Virus record (IMG/VR): IMGVR_UViG_3300030372_002798
Location: 1 to 24,371 of that record
Source: a virus
Taxonomy: Duplodnaviria; Caudoviricetes
Direction: 5' to 3' (one strand)
DNA: 24,371 nt
Below the pieces are notes generated by a model. It searched no databases. It was not told where the DNA came from and saw only the letters and a list, made by a program, of their open reading frames with translations. A program made the translations under genes and the position numbers. Below are positions 24,342-24,371 of this stretch, piece by piece (the stretch's first letter is position 1; each line of letters opens with the position of its first letter).

Positions 24342-24371
24342 AATTAATCCTTAATAAATTTCATAAGCACT

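Noticed and set aside
1-24371. tRNA/rRNA genes, alternative genetic code, host assignment
   Set aside because: No cloverleaf or rRNA-like segments were recognised. Genes are intact under the standard code with all three stops used. The host cannot be inferred from sequence alone.

Overview
AT-rich fragment of a tailed dsDNA phage (Caudoviricetes), with no host genes, integrase or RNA genes recognised. From left to right: (1) A minus-strand late operon (1-5952) runs scaffold, major capsid protein, three fibre-like virion proteins (the largest with a C-terminal S74 intramolecular chaperone) and a partial tip protein. (2) A divergent plus-strand block carries TerL, portal and a morphogenesis protein (6021-9546). 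(3) A convergent minus-strand block carries a TerS-like HTH protein and small basic or Zn-binding proteins (9543-11095). (4) A compositionally distinct island (about 11.1-14.8 kb) holds a three-gene operon: membrane protein, COOH-NH2 ligase-type amidoligase and class II glutamine amidotransferase. It is bracketed by non-coding regions that hold the only GATC and CTAG sites I could find, mostly as a repeated GATCTAGTGAA motif. (5) A plus-strand early/replication region (14816-23908) encodes many small proteins, an RHH regulator, ERF, a replication initiator with internal iteron-like repeats, a resolvase-like nuclease, a Zn-ribbon metallophosphoesterase, a C5-cytosine methyltransferase, an SSB-like protein, an amino-methyltransferase and a MazG-like protein. 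(6) A minus-strand tail gene closes the window. The two most notable observations are the GATCTAG-bracketed, restriction-site-depleted island (candidate genome end, terminal repeat or first-injected segment) and the C5 methyltransferase, whose motif IX lies in a nested +1-frame ORF. All family calls come from motifs read by eye; no database search was run.
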